In this document: one piece after another, positions 26,673 through 35,954 of the stretch | Numbering within the stretch: the first letter of the stretch is position 1 | Layout: the number at the start of each line of letters is the position of its first letter | Assembly: GCA_022451065.1 (NCBI GenBank) | Contig: JAKUOU010000018.1 | Coordinates: 1,490-65,489, forward strand | DNA from: Pedosphaera sp. | Lineage (GTDB): Bacteria > Verrucomicrobiota > Verrucomicrobiia > Limisphaerales > UBA1096 | Length of the DNA stretch: 64,000 nucleotides | Reading direction: 5' to 3' | Notes under the pieces: model-generated | Told to the model about the DNA's origin: nothing | What the model saw: the letters and a program-made list of their open reading frames with translations, nothing else | Databases searched by the model: none | Position numbers and translations under genes: made by a program

Positions 26673-27814
26673 GACTTCGCCCGGAACGGTGAGTACCCGC
26701 CAGGATCGTTTGCCCCAGCCGTCTTGACTTGACCCTCACGGCTCGCAAACCGCGCAACACTCAACAGCACCCCGACGCAAAACAGCATCACCACGAGGTT
26801 CGTGCCACCACGGCTGATGAACGGCAGCGGGAGCCCCTTGTTGGGCAGCGTACCGGTCACCACGCCGATATTGATGAACCCCTGCAGGCTAATCAGTAGC
26901 GTCATCCCGGAAGCCAGCAGAAAACCAAAAAAGTCGCGCGACCGCATGGCGATATATGCCCCGCAAACCACGAACAGCACGAACGCCACCACGATTCCCA
27001 TCGTGGCCATCAGGCCAAGCTCCTCACCGATTACCGAGAATATGAAGTCGGTCTGGTTCTCCGGCACGAAGCCAAGCTTCTGGCGTCCGTTACCAAGGCC
27101 AAGGCCGGTTGTCCCGCCTGAACCAAGCGCAATTAGCGACTGCCAAGTCTGGTAGCCAACCCCCTGTTTCGTGCCCTCGGGATCGAGCCAGCTCATAATG
27201 CGGTTCAGCCGAACCGTGTTTTGCGACAACAGGAAACCACTGGCCGCTCCCAGCACGATCACCGGCGGAACCATGTATCGTAGCTTAGTTCCGGCCAGGA
27301 ACAGCATCATCCCGCACACCGTGGCTAGCAGCACCGTCGCACCCCAGTCCGGCTCGATGAAAATCAACCCAAGGAACAACGTCAGCACCATCCCGGGAAT
27401 GAGCAGACCGTACTTGAACGTGCCCATCCCGCGGCCCTTGCGTTCACAGTAGTGGGCCAGCGCAACGATGACGGCCAGCTTGGCAAACTCAGACGGCTGG
27501 AACGTCGTGCCGGGCAACTGAAGCCAACGGCGGGCGCCGTTGCGCTCCAGTCCGATACCGGGAATCATCAACGCCAGCAACAGGAGCAACGCCAACACAA
27601 GCGCCAGCACAGAGACTTTTTTCAGCACCTGGTAGTCGACCATAGCCATGCCAAGGCAGACGACCAGCCCGATGCTGCACCACAGTACCTGCGACCCCCA
27701 AAACGGTCCCCCCCGGTGAAACATCGTGGCGCTGTAGAGCATCACTAACCCCAGCGCAAGCAGGGCGGAAACGACAAACACCAGCGTAGTCGAGGCAAAC
27801 TTCATCAGGACCAC
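26669..27814 (-). CDS. ftsW: SEDS-family peptidoglycan polymerase FtsW
   Basis: RWLQLPGTTFQPSEFAKL, TDFIFSVIGEELG and LPNKGLPLPFISRGGTN are the SEDS hallmarks. Sits in the dcw position. Confidence 0.9.
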   Translation of the reverse strand: MVLMKFASTTLVFVVSALLALGLVMLYSATMFHRGGPFWGSQVLWCSIGLVVCLGMAMVDYQVLKKVSVLALVLALLLLLALMIPGIGLERNGARRWLQLPGTTFQPSEFAKLAVIVALAHYCERKGRGMGTFKYGLLIPGMVLTLFLGLIFIEPDWGATVLLATVCGMMLFLAGTKLRYMVPPVIVLGAASGFLLSQNTVRLNRIMSWLDPEGTKQGVGYQTWQSLIALGSGGTTGLGLGNGRQKLGFVPENQTDFIFSVIGEELGLMATMGIVVAFVLFVVCGAYIAMRSRDFFGFLLASGMTLLISLQGFINIGVVTGTLPNKGLPLPFISRGGTNLVVMLFCVGVLLSVARFASREGQVKTAGANDPGGYSPFRAKS

Positions 27815-27826
27815 TTGCTCCGGTGG

Positions 27827-28594
27827 CTACTCGTTCGCCACCGGTAATGGGATGATCAGCTTTTGCCCCACACGAATTTCGGCGGATTTAAGATTGTTAG
27901 CATCTCGAATCGCCTTCCACGTCGTTTTGTGTGCCTTGGCGATGTTGTAGAGGTTGTCGCCCGACTTGACCTCATACACCATAGTTCCCTCAGGTAATAC
28001 CTGCTCGGATGGTTTCGGTGGCTTCGCGGGGATTTTTAGTACTTGGCCAATTGCAATGCGATTTGGATCCGCAGCCGGGTTGGCCTTGATAACAGCCTGC
28101 ACCGTCACGCCAAATTTGCGCGCGATGGTGGTAAAGTTGTCGCCCTTGGCCACCACATACTCCTCCTCGCCGGTGGCCACTGGCACCTCGGGCTCACCCG
28201 TTGGCTCTGGGATCAATGGTACAATGTCTTCCGCCGCGACCGTGTCGCGTGTGACAGGTGGCGGCTTGGATTCACCTGTCGCAGCGCCTGGAAGCGGCGG
28301 GGCGGCAGTCACGGCGTTGGTATTCGCAGCGGGCTCATTCCCCACGCTTACCTCATTGGTTTGTCCCAACTGAGACGCCACCCCTCCCCCAATGGGTGGC
28401 AAAACCGGAATAGCGTTGGTGTCGGCCATCGTGCTGGGTGTCGATTGTTCCGGACGGCAGCCGGAGAACAACAGCCCTCCGAGGAAAACCACGTGCACTG
28501 CCACGATGATCATCACCATCTGCAGGCCGGAACGGTTATTGGCTTTCTGCTCGAGCAGGGAACTTTTAGGTCGTAGGGGATTATGACTGGACAT
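27827..28594 (-). CDS. Membrane-anchored protein with two LysM peptidoglycan-binding domains
   Basis: TM helix (MVMIIVAVHVVFLGGLLFSG), a Pro/Ala-rich linker, then YVVAKGDNFTTIARKFGVTVQAVIKANP...IAIGQVLKIP and YEVKSGDNLYNIAKAHKTTWKAIRDANNLK...IRVGQKLIIP. A strong SD (AAGGAG) lies 8 nt upstream of the ATG. Confidence 0.8.
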   Translation of the reverse strand: MSSHNPLRPKSSLLEQKANNRSGLQMVMIIVAVHVVFLGGLLFSGCRPEQSTPSTMADTNAIPVLPPIGGGVASQLGQTNEVSVGNEPAANTNAVTAAPPLPGAATGESKPPPVTRDTVAAEDIVPLIPEPTGEPEVPVATGEEEYVVAKGDNFTTIARKFGVTVQAVIKANPAADPNRIAIGQVLKIPAKPPKPSEQVLPEGTMVYEVKSGDNLYNIAKAHKTTWKAIRDANNLKSAEIRVGQKLIIPLPVANE

Positions 28595-28618
28595 GATTAT
28601 TTACTCCTTGGTTGATTG

Positions 28619-28653
28619 AAAAAAAATCTGGCGCGCTTGACCAATCGCGCAGG
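28619..28653 (-). terminator. Candidate intrinsic terminator/attenuator between murD and the LysM gene
   Basis: On the minus strand, CCTGCGCG-(10-nt loop)-CGCGCCAG forms 5 GC pairs, plus 2 more with one bulge, followed by a T8 tract (A8 at 28619-28626 on the plus strand). It lies 36 nt after the murD stop. Confidence 0.4.
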
Positions 28654-28689
28654 GCGGGAATACAAGATATAGTGGTTGGAAGATGGATT

Positions 28690-30138
28690 TCATCGCGACA
28701 AGACGTGTGGAATTTTTGAGGCTGAACCTGCGTTGCCGGTGCTTTCAGCTTCCGTTGAAGTACCGGCCAAGAGTTCGACTGAGCGCCGGAACATCTCGCC
28801 ACGATGTTGATAGCCGTTGACGCTACCGGAATCCTCACTCGCTGGCGAGAGTAAAATAACGTCGCCCTCCTCGGCCATCTCCGCGCTCTGGAGGACTGCT
28901 TCCTCCAGCGAATCCACCAAGAGGCAGGGTGTAAAAAGACTCCATGCTGCTCGCAGATTTTCACGGGTTTCACCCATCAAAAATACCGCCTTAACCCTCT
29001 GTGAAAGCAGCGGGCCGATATCGTGATACGCCCCGCCCTTGTCTCGACCACCTGCCAGCAGCCAAATGTTTTGATTGCCCCCAGAGCCTGATTTCATTGA
29101 GGAAAGTGACTTCTTGAGCGCGGCAAGATTGGTGCAACGGGAGTCATTAATGTAGCTGACCCCATCCAACTCGGCCACAAGTTCACACCGGTGCGGCAGC
29201 GGCGGGTGATTCCTGAGGATATCCACCGATTGCTCCAGCGGAATCCGAAACACGCGCCCGACGGCCAGCGCGGCCATCAGAATCTCCGCGTTGTGTGCCC
29301 CCTGCAACTGGCACTCGGTGAAGTCCATCAGTGGGCCCTCCCAACCCGGCACCCGGCTCACGATCAGGCCGCGATCCAGCGAAATGTCAGCTCGACGGTT
29401 GCTCGCGCTGAAGTTGATGATCTTGGATGGTATTTCGATGCCAAGCGATCGAATTTGCGCCAGCGCCTCGCTCTGGATGATTGCCCAGTCAAACGGCTGC
29501 TGGTTGGCGAATATCCGTGCCTTGGCCTTCACGTACTCCGCCATGCTCCCGTAGTGATCCATGTGATCCGGCGCGATGTTCGTCACCACGGCGACCGTTG
29601 GGCTGAAAAACTGTGTCAACTCGAGCTGGAACGAGTTGACCGCAAGGATTAGGTAATCCAGCTCCTTCGATTCTTCCACGGCATCGCAAATGGGGTAGTC
29701 CACCTTTCCGGCCAGCCGGGTCTCCCGTTGGCCGCCAATCAGTATTTGCTCGATCAGTTTCGCCGCCGGGGTTTTGCCGTTGGTACCAGTCACAGCGATG
29801 TTGAGGCAGCGCAACTTCTGTGAACCAAGTTCCAACTCCCCGATCATGGGGAGATCCGCCTTACTCAGGGCACGTACCCAGGCTGTTTCGCGAATGCCCC
29901 CCACGCTAATGACGCTCAACTCGACGCCGTCGAGCAGCTTCGCCAAGGGCTTGGTCAAGCCAAGGTGCACCTCCACACCCAGCTTCGTCAACGGCTCGAT
30001 CTCGCGGCGAAGCAGATCGTCCTCCTTGCAATCCACCGCCACCACCGAGGCACCGTTATCGCAGAGCAACCTGCAGGCCGCCCGGCCGCGCGAACCGAGG
30101 CCGACCAACAAAACCCGCTTGCCCTTCAACTTGAACAT
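28690..30138 (-). CDS. murD: UDP-N-acetylmuramoylalanine--D-glutamate ligase
   Basis: KRVLLVGLGSRGRAACRLL, AVTGTNGKT, NIAPDHMDHYGS and a typical Mur ligase C-terminal domain. Start trimmed to the ATG at 30138, 11 nt after the mraY stop. Confidence 0.9.
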   Translation of the reverse strand: MFKLKGKRVLLVGLGSRGRAACRLLCDNGASVVAVDCKEDDLLRREIEPLTKLGVEVHLGLTKPLAKLLDGVELSVISVGGIRETAWVRALSKADLPMIGELELGSQKLRCLNIAVTGTNGKTPAAKLIEQILIGGQRETRLAGKVDYPICDAVEESKELDYLILAVNSFQLELTQFFSPTVAVVTNIAPDHMDHYGSMAEYVKAKARIFANQQPFDWAIIQSEALAQIRSLGIEIPSKIINFSASNRRADISLDRGLIVSRVPGWEGPLMDFTECQLQGAHNAEILMAALAVGRVFRIPLEQSVDILRNHPPLPHRCELVAELDGVSYINDSRCTNLAALKKSLSSMKSGSGGNQNIWLLAGGRDKGGAYHDIGPLLSQRVKAVFLMGETRENLRAAWSLFTPCLLVDSLEEAVLQSAEMAEEGDVILLSPASEDSGSVNGYQHRGEMFRRSVELLAGTSTEAESTGNAGSASKIPHVLSR

Positions 30139-30149
30139 GACTGCCTGAC

Positions 30150-31307
30150 TTACCTCAATTTCAGGGTGCTCAAGGCGAGCACCGCAAAAAGAATTCCTAA
30201 AATATAAAACCGAGCGACCACCTGCGACTCGTACCACCCTTTTTTCTCAAAGTGATGATGCAGCGGCGCCATAAGGAATACGCGCTTTCCCTCGCCGTAT
30301 TTTCGCCGTGTGTGCTTGAACCAACCGGTCTGGATCAAGACCGAAATGGCCTCAAGCACGAACACACCCCCCGCGATCACCAGCACAAACGGCTGGTGAA
30401 TCAGCACCGCAATTACGCCGAGCACACCGCCCAGTGCCAGCGACCCGGTATCTCCCATGAACACCTGGGCCGGATGACAGTTGAACCAGAGAAACCCCAG
30501 CCCGGCCCCCACCATGGCTGCGCAGAACACCGTCAACTCCCCTGCCCCCTCGACGTATGGCACGCGCAGATACTCGGCCATGATCTTGTTACCGGCGATG
30601 TAGGTGAAAATGATGAAAACAAAAGTGACAATCAGCGTGCAGCCAATAGCCAATCCATCGAGGCCGTCGGTAAGGTTCACAGCATTGGAGCTGCCCACGA
30701 TGGCAGCAGTGGTGATCAGCAGGCCAACGAATCCTACACCGGCAAACACGATCTCACCGCTGTAAAACGGGACTACCAATTTCCCGACCAAGTCACTCTT
30801 GGTTGGGTGATGCCACAGGTACACGCCGATGAAGAGGCCCAGCGCCAGTTGCACTAACAGCTTCACTTTCGACTGGATGCCGGCCTTGTCCTGCTTGGTG
30901 AGCTTGACCCAATCGTCATAAAAGCCCAACGCCGCCAGCACCACCACCGACATCAGGCTCAGTGCAAGGAACTCGTTCCACTTGGCCCAGAGCAGCACCG
31001 TCACATCCAGCGCCAGCACGATCATGACCCCCCCCATCGACGGCGTGCCCTTTTTGCTGAGCACCCGCGCATCCAGACCGCCGGCTTCCTCGGCCTTATC
31101 CTTGTAGTTCTGGCCGAATTTGAGCCGCTTAAGCAGGGAGATAATCTTGGGGCCAAACCACCAGCAAAACAGTAGCGCCGTGACCGCCGCGCCGGCTGTT
31201 CGGAAAGTGATATACTGGAACACCCGCAGGAAGGAGAGCCAGTCCGCCCAGGCGGTGTAGCCATTTTCGGCCAACCACTGCGGAGCTTGGCTGAGGTAAA
31301 AAAACAT
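30150..31307 (-). CDS. mraY: Phospho-N-acetylmuramoyl-pentapeptide transferase
   Basis: KKGTPSMGG, NAVNLTDGLDGLA, GDTGSLALGG and MAPLHHHFEKKGW are diagnostic MraY motifs. Confidence 0.95.
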   Translation of the reverse strand: MFFYLSQAPQWLAENGYTAWADWLSFLRVFQYITFRTAGAAVTALLFCWWFGPKIISLLKRLKFGQNYKDKAEEAGGLDARVLSKKGTPSMGGVMIVLALDVTVLLWAKWNEFLALSLMSVVVLAALGFYDDWVKLTKQDKAGIQSKVKLLVQLALGLFIGVYLWHHPTKSDLVGKLVVPFYSGEIVFAGVGFVGLLITTAAIVGSSNAVNLTDGLDGLAIGCTLIVTFVFIIFTYIAGNKIMAEYLRVPYVEGAGELTVFCAAMVGAGLGFLWFNCHPAQVFMGDTGSLALGGVLGVIAVLIHQPFVLVIAGGVFVLEAISVLIQTGWFKHTRRKYGEGKRVFLMAPLHHHFEKKGWYESQVVARFYILGILFAVLALSTLKLR

Positions 31308-31317
31308 TCTGTAATCT

Positions 31318-32709
31318 CTACGGCTTCATAGCCTCCTTGAGTGGCTCGATGATGCGTTCCATTCTTGCCGCCCGGCTGCCTTTGATCAGCACCAAGTCAC
31401 CAGAACTCAGCTTAACAGCCAGCGCTTGACCAGCCACATTGATGTCATCGAAAGCCGCCACGTTTGCCAGACCCTCCTCCTGCGCCGCACGTACCATCTT
31501 GTTCGCCCATTGTCCCACGGCTACCAATCCATCCATGCCAAGCCTGGCCGCAAGCCGGCCCACCTCAACATGGGCGAACTCGCTGGCTTGTCCAAGCTCG
31601 GCCATGTCGCCGAGAATGGCAATGCGTTTTCCCTTAGTCGGAAACAACCCCATCGTCTCTAAAGCCGCCAGAAGGGAGTCCGGATTGGAGTTGTAGGCGT
31701 CGTTGATGATGCGGACACCGCCGAGTGTCTGCATCTCCATTCGCATCGACGCCGGACGGCAACACTGCAGGCCCTGGTCCAGCTCCTCCCGGCTCAGGCC
31801 CAGCTCCGCCGCAAGCGCTATTGCGAGCGCGGCGTTCCGGGCGTTTTGATGGCCCAGCAGGTTGACGCGGTAGGCTCCGCTCCAATCTCCCTTTGGCGAA
31901 AGCAGTTCGAAAGTCGTCCCATCGTTGTTCAACACGGTGCCGGTGAGCTGCCAGTCGCAGTCCTCCCCCTCCCCGACCGTGACGACCGCTGCCCGACAGC
32001 GGGCACGGATGGCCTCCAGCCCCTCGATATCTCCATTAACAAACAGGCAGCCCTCCGGCGGCAGCGCCTCTGCCAGCGCCCCTTCCTCCTCTATCACTCC
32101 GGCCAGATCGCCGAAAAACTCCAGATGCTCTCGCCCGATGCTCGTCAGCACACCGTACCTTGGCCGGATGAGTTGCAGTAGCGGCTGCAGTTCGCCGGGA
32201 TGATTCGAGCCGACCTCGAGCACCGCCGCCTCGTGGGCCTCGCGTAACCGCAGCAACGTGAGCGGCACGCCGATGTCGTTGTTGAAACTGGCCTCACTCG
32301 AGAGTGTCTCGAGTCGCTGCCCAAGCACCGTGGCCAAAATTTCCTTAGTGCTGGTCTTACCGTTGGAACCGCCAACCGCGATAATTGGCAGCTCAAAATC
32401 CTGCCGGTAATTGGCGGACAGTCGGCCAAGTGCATGCCGCGTCTCCTCCACTTCGATCATCGGCCCGTGGACCTTCTCTTGGCCAAGCCGTGAACGGCTG
32501 ACCACGGCAGCCTCCGCCCCCTGGCCAAGCGCATCTTTGAGGTAATCGTGCCCGTCAAACCGGTCGCCGCAAATCGCAATAAACAAATCACCCTTCCTGG
32601 CCAGGCGCGAGTCGGTGCAGACACGACGGATACTCGACGAGCGTTGGCCCGCGACGAGCTGCCCGTTGCAGCTCTCCTCCACAAAACCTAACGTCCGGGG
32701 TTCCATCAT
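31318..32709 (-). CDS. murF: UDP-N-acetylmuramoyl-tripeptide--D-alanyl-D-alanine ligase
   Basis: TDSRLARKGDLFIAICGDRFDGHDY, GGSNGKTSTKE, NNDIGVPLTLL and GSNHPGE. These are MurF rather than MurE signatures. Confidence 0.9.
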   Translation of the reverse strand: MMEPRTLGFVEESCNGQLVAGQRSSSIRRVCTDSRLARKGDLFIAICGDRFDGHDYLKDALGQGAEAAVVSRSRLGQEKVHGPMIEVEETRHALGRLSANYRQDFELPIIAVGGSNGKTSTKEILATVLGQRLETLSSEASFNNDIGVPLTLLRLREAHEAAVLEVGSNHPGELQPLLQLIRPRYGVLTSIGREHLEFFGDLAGVIEEEGALAEALPPEGCLFVNGDIEGLEAIRARCRAAVVTVGEGEDCDWQLTGTVLNNDGTTFELLSPKGDWSGAYRVNLLGHQNARNAALAIALAAELGLSREELDQGLQCCRPASMRMEMQTLGGVRIINDAYNSNPDSLLAALETMGLFPTKGKRIAILGDMAELGQASEFAHVEVGRLAARLGMDGLVAVGQWANKMVRAAQEEGLANVAAFDDINVAGQALAVKLSSGDLVLIKGSRAARMERIIEPLKEAMKP

Positions 32710-34592
32710 CTCAACACCACCCGGGGTTTCTGCTCCGACATCGGCTTTACCGGCATCGACGCCTCGAGACCGAGATAGTTGGCCGACTTCTCAGCAATCA
32801 CCTTGAATGTCGGACCTGCCACCACGCCGCCGTAGTATCCGTTGTGCGGTTCATCCACAAATACACCGATGCACAACTTGGGATTCTCAGCCGGCAAGAA
32901 TCCGATGAATGACGAAAAATATTTATCGGGCTCGTAGCCGCGCCTTGTCTTCGACGGCTTTTGCGCCGTACCAGTCTTACCGGCAACAGTATAGTTCTCG
33001 AGCCAAGCCTGGCGCGCAGTGCCCTCGGCAGAGACCACCGTTATCAGCGTCTTCACCATTTGCTGCGCTGTCTCGTCGTGAATCACCTTGCGAACCACGG
33101 TCGGTTTATACTGCATCACGACATTCCCATCCCGATCCAACAGCCGATCCACTAGCAGCGGCCGCATCAGGTTACCACCGTTGGCCATTGCGGACATTGC
33201 CATCACGAGCTGTAAAGGTGTAGCTGCGATCTCGTGGCCCATCGGAATTCGGGAGATCGACAACTTGCTCCAGCTCCTAACCGGATGAAGGATTCCGCGC
33301 ACCTCCCCTGGCAACGGCACACCGCTGCGCTGGCCAAAGCCCAACTCGGAAATATATTTGTGCAGCCGAGATGCCCCCAGTTTCATCGCAACCTTGGCCG
33401 TGCCGATGTTGGACGACTTGGTGATAATCTCCCGAACTGACAATTCGCCGTACGCATGGTGGTCGCGCAGCACCTTGCCAGCGAAATAAAGGCGGCCGTT
33501 CTCGCAGTGGAACCGATCGTGTAACCGCACCACGCGCTCGTTGAGCGCGCCTGACACCGCCACGATCTTGAAGGTCGAGCCCGGCTCAAACACGTCGGTG
33601 ATCACCCGGTTACGACGGTTGGCCGCGCTGGAGTCGCCCGGCTTATTGGGATCGAACGTCGGCCGGTTGGCCAGCGCTAGAATCGCGCCGGTTTGCGGGT
33701 TCACTACCACTATACAGGCGCTTGCCGGCGTGTGCTTCGCGCAAAGCGCTTCGAGCCCCTTCTCGACTATGTACTGGACGTTGGCATCGATCGTCAGTAC
33801 CACGTTCATACCGTCGCGCGGCTTCACGTTGTACTCGCGGAATGCCACCACCTCGCGACGGCTACGATCGGTCTCGGTCTCGCGCCAACCGCGCACCCCC
33901 TCGAGCTCCGAGTCTAGCATTATCTCGACGCCGTGCTTCCCCTCGAGACCGACCATCGGCACGCTGGAACCCTCCGGATCGCGCACGCCGACAAATCCGG
34001 TCACGTGCGCGGCAAGATTACCGCTGGGATAAACTCGCAACTGCGAATCGACCCGCTCGCAAAACACGGAGCGCCTGACATTGTAATATTTTAGCCGCTC
34101 CTTGCGGGGCTGTGACTTCACATCAACACCGAACTCGATGTGCGCCAGTGCGTTGGTGATGCCTCGCCAATCCTCGAGCAGTACCTTGCGCTTGAGTACA
34201 ACGTGCTTGTCCTCGCGCTGGCGACCTTCCGCATCGGTGTACACGCGACGCTGCATGCGCTTGGCCAACTCGGTCTCGCTCCTTCCAAGAAATGGAGCGA
34301 TCGCCCTTGCCACGAGCTGCTGATGGGTGCCCATCAAAGACGGGTCAGCGCACACCGTCTTAGCAATACGGCTCGTGGCCAGCACCGTGCCCCGGATGTC
34401 CAGAATATCACCGCGCCTTGAGGCTTGAATCACCTTGCGGCGCGTATTGTCCAGCGCGTGCGCAGCGTGCTTGTCGTGCTGGAGCACCTGAATATCCACC
34501 AACCTCACCCCGAGTCCCACATAACCGGCCGTTATAAGTGAGACCAGTATCATCACCCTTCCCCGGTGAGCGTTGGCTGCGACCGTTGCCAC
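32706..34592 (-). CDS. ftsI: Penicillin-binding protein 3-like transpeptidase
   Basis: N-terminal TM helix, PBP dimerisation domain, STFK (PGSTFKIV), SSN (KSSNIG) and KTG (AGKTGTA) boxes. Confidence 0.9.
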   Translation of the reverse strand: MATVAANAHRGRVMILVSLITAGYVGLGVRLVDIQVLQHDKHAAHALDNTRRKVIQASRRGDILDIRGTVLATSRIAKTVCADPSLMGTHQQLVARAIAPFLGRSETELAKRMQRRVYTDAEGRQREDKHVVLKRKVLLEDWRGITNALAHIEFGVDVKSQPRKERLKYYNVRRSVFCERVDSQLRVYPSGNLAAHVTGFVGVRDPEGSSVPMVGLEGKHGVEIMLDSELEGVRGWRETETDRSRREVVAFREYNVKPRDGMNVVLTIDANVQYIVEKGLEALCAKHTPASACIVVVNPQTGAILALANRPTFDPNKPGDSSAANRRNRVITDVFEPGSTFKIVAVSGALNERVVRLHDRFHCENGRLYFAGKVLRDHHAYGELSVREIITKSSNIGTAKVAMKLGASRLHKYISELGFGQRSGVPLPGEVRGILHPVRSWSKLSISRIPMGHEIAATPLQLVMAMSAMANGGNLMRPLLVDRLLDRDGNVVMQYKPTVVRKVIHDETAQQMVKTLITVVSAEGTARQAWLENYTVAGKTGTAQKPSKTRRGYEPDKYFSSFIGFLPAENPKLCIGVFVDEPHNGYYGGVVAGPTFKVIAEKSANYLGLEASMPVKPMSEQKPRVVLR

Positions 34593-34625
34593 GTCAGTGT
34601 GTGAACAGGTTTCTTTTCATGTCCG

Positions 34626-35018
34626 TCACGGCCGTTTCCGGCGCGGCTTGTTGGCTACCGTTCGGTATTCCCCCGGTTTGCTTTGCTTCAGCTCCTTGGC
34701 GTCTAGCGGAAGATCAGAGAGTCGCAGCAGCTGCTCCGGCTGCGGCATCGCCAGCCCCAGCCCGAGTTTGCGAACCCGGTCATAAAGATTCTGTGTCGAA
34801 CGCATCTCGGCTCGCACCTGCTGCCAGCCTTCGTTGTCTCCCTTGAGCAGTTCGAGTCGCATCTCCTTTTTTCGAACCTCGGTGCCGATTTGGTGAATCT
34901 GCGACTTCTGCCACACGTACCCCATCGCCGTGCCCCCGAGTAACAGGCATAACAGCACGGCCCTAATCCAAGAGCCAACGATCAGCGGGGAGTCATATTT
35001 TTTTCGATTGCGCGACAT
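34626..35018 (-). CDS. FtsL-like bitopic coiled-coil division protein
   Basis: 130 aa with a basic N-terminus, one TM helix (IRAVLLCLLLGGTAMGYVW) and a short coiled coil. Sits between rsmH and ftsI. The assignment rests on position and architecture only. Confidence 0.55.
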   Translation of the reverse strand: MSRNRKKYDSPLIVGSWIRAVLLCLLLGGTAMGYVWQKSQIHQIGTEVRKKEMRLELLKGDNEGWQQVRAEMRSTQNLYDRVRKLGLGLAMPQPEQLLRLSDLPLDAKELKQSKPGEYRTVANKPRRKRP

Positions 35019-35024
35019 GTGCGG

Positions 35025-35954
35025 TTAAAGTTTCTCAACTGCCCGAAGCTGGGCGCTGCGGCTTCGCGGGTTTCGCTCGAGCTCGTTAGCGCCCGGCCTG
35101 ATCGCCTTGCGGCTTAGTTCCCGGGCCAAAGGCTCGCGTGGCTCACGCAGTTCCGGCACATCGACCCCGCCGCAAACCGTGTATGGCCTAGCCAGGCGGC
35201 GGCTGAAATGTTTCACCAACCGGTCCTCGCCGGAATGGAACGTGATCACCGCTAGGCGGCCGCCTGGCTTGAGCAACGTCCAGGCAACGTCCAGCCCGGC
35301 TTGCACCTGGCCAAGCTCGTCGTTCACCGCCATACGTAACGCCTGAAACACGCCGGTCGCCGGATGCGTGCGCGCACCTCTCCGAGGGCAAGTCCGCTCC
35401 ACAGTCTCGGCCAGTTGCGTGGTGGTTTCGAGTCTCTGCATGTTGCGTTGTTCAACAATGGCCCGGGCAATGCGGCGCGACCGGCGCTCCCCGCCTAGTT
35501 CCCAAAAAATCCTCGCCAACTCCTCGGCCTCTAGCTCGTTCACCAATTGCTCGGCACGCACCGGCTGCCGCCGATCCATCCGCATGTCCAGCGGTCCTTT
35601 GGCCTGAAAGCTGAAACCTCGCTCCGCCTCGTCGAGCTGAGGCGTACTTACCCCGAGATCCAGTAGCACCCCATCGCAACTCCCCTTGGCCAGACACTTG
35701 CCCATCTCCGCAAACGATGCCCGGTGCAGTTCCAGCCGATCGCCAAATTTGGACAGACGCTTGGCCGCAGCCGCAAGCGCCCGGTCGTCGTGGTCGAACG
35801 CAACTAGGCGGCCATCCGGATTGCTTTTCTCGAGGATCGCCTCCGCATGCCCACCGCCACCAACCGTTCCATCCACGTAGAGCCGGCCCGCTGCCGGTTG
35901 AAGCGCCGAGATCGCTTCCTCCAGCAGAACCGGTTCGTGTATGAATTCCGTCAC
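35025..35954 (-). CDS. rsmH: 16S rRNA (cytosine1402-N4)-methyltransferase
   Basis: HEPVLLEEAI, YVDGTVGGGGHA, DLGVSTPQLD and ITFHSGEDR. GTG start overlapping the upstream stop (GTGA). Confidence 0.95.
   Translation of the reverse strand: MTEFIHEPVLLEEAISALQPAAGRLYVDGTVGGGGHAEAILEKSNPDGRLVAFDHDDRALAAAAKRLSKFGDRLELHRASFAEMGKCLAKGSCDGVLLDLGVSTPQLDEAERGFSFQAKGPLDMRMDRRQPVRAEQLVNELEAEELARIFWELGGERRSRRIARAIVEQRNMQRLETTTQLAETVERTCPRRGARTHPATGVFQALRMAVNDELGQVQAGLDVAWTLLKPGGRLAVITFHSGEDRLVKHFSRRLARPYTVCGGVDVPELREPREPLARELSRKAIRPGANELERNPRSRSAQLRAVEKL

Noticed and set aside
25975-26760. 261-aa same-strand, out-of-frame ORF spanning the murG/ftsW junction
   Set aside because: It overlaps two strongly supported genes in an alternative frame. 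The translation is Arg/Gly-rich junk, and no independent start or stop context supports it.
31318-32709. Whether the Mur ligase after ftsI is MurE (the expected position) rather than MurF
   Set aside because: TDSR..GDLF.A..G.RFDGH, NNDIGVPLTLL and GSNHPGE are MurF signatures, and the MurE-specific DNPR motif is not seen. It is therefore called murF, with murE absent from the cluster.
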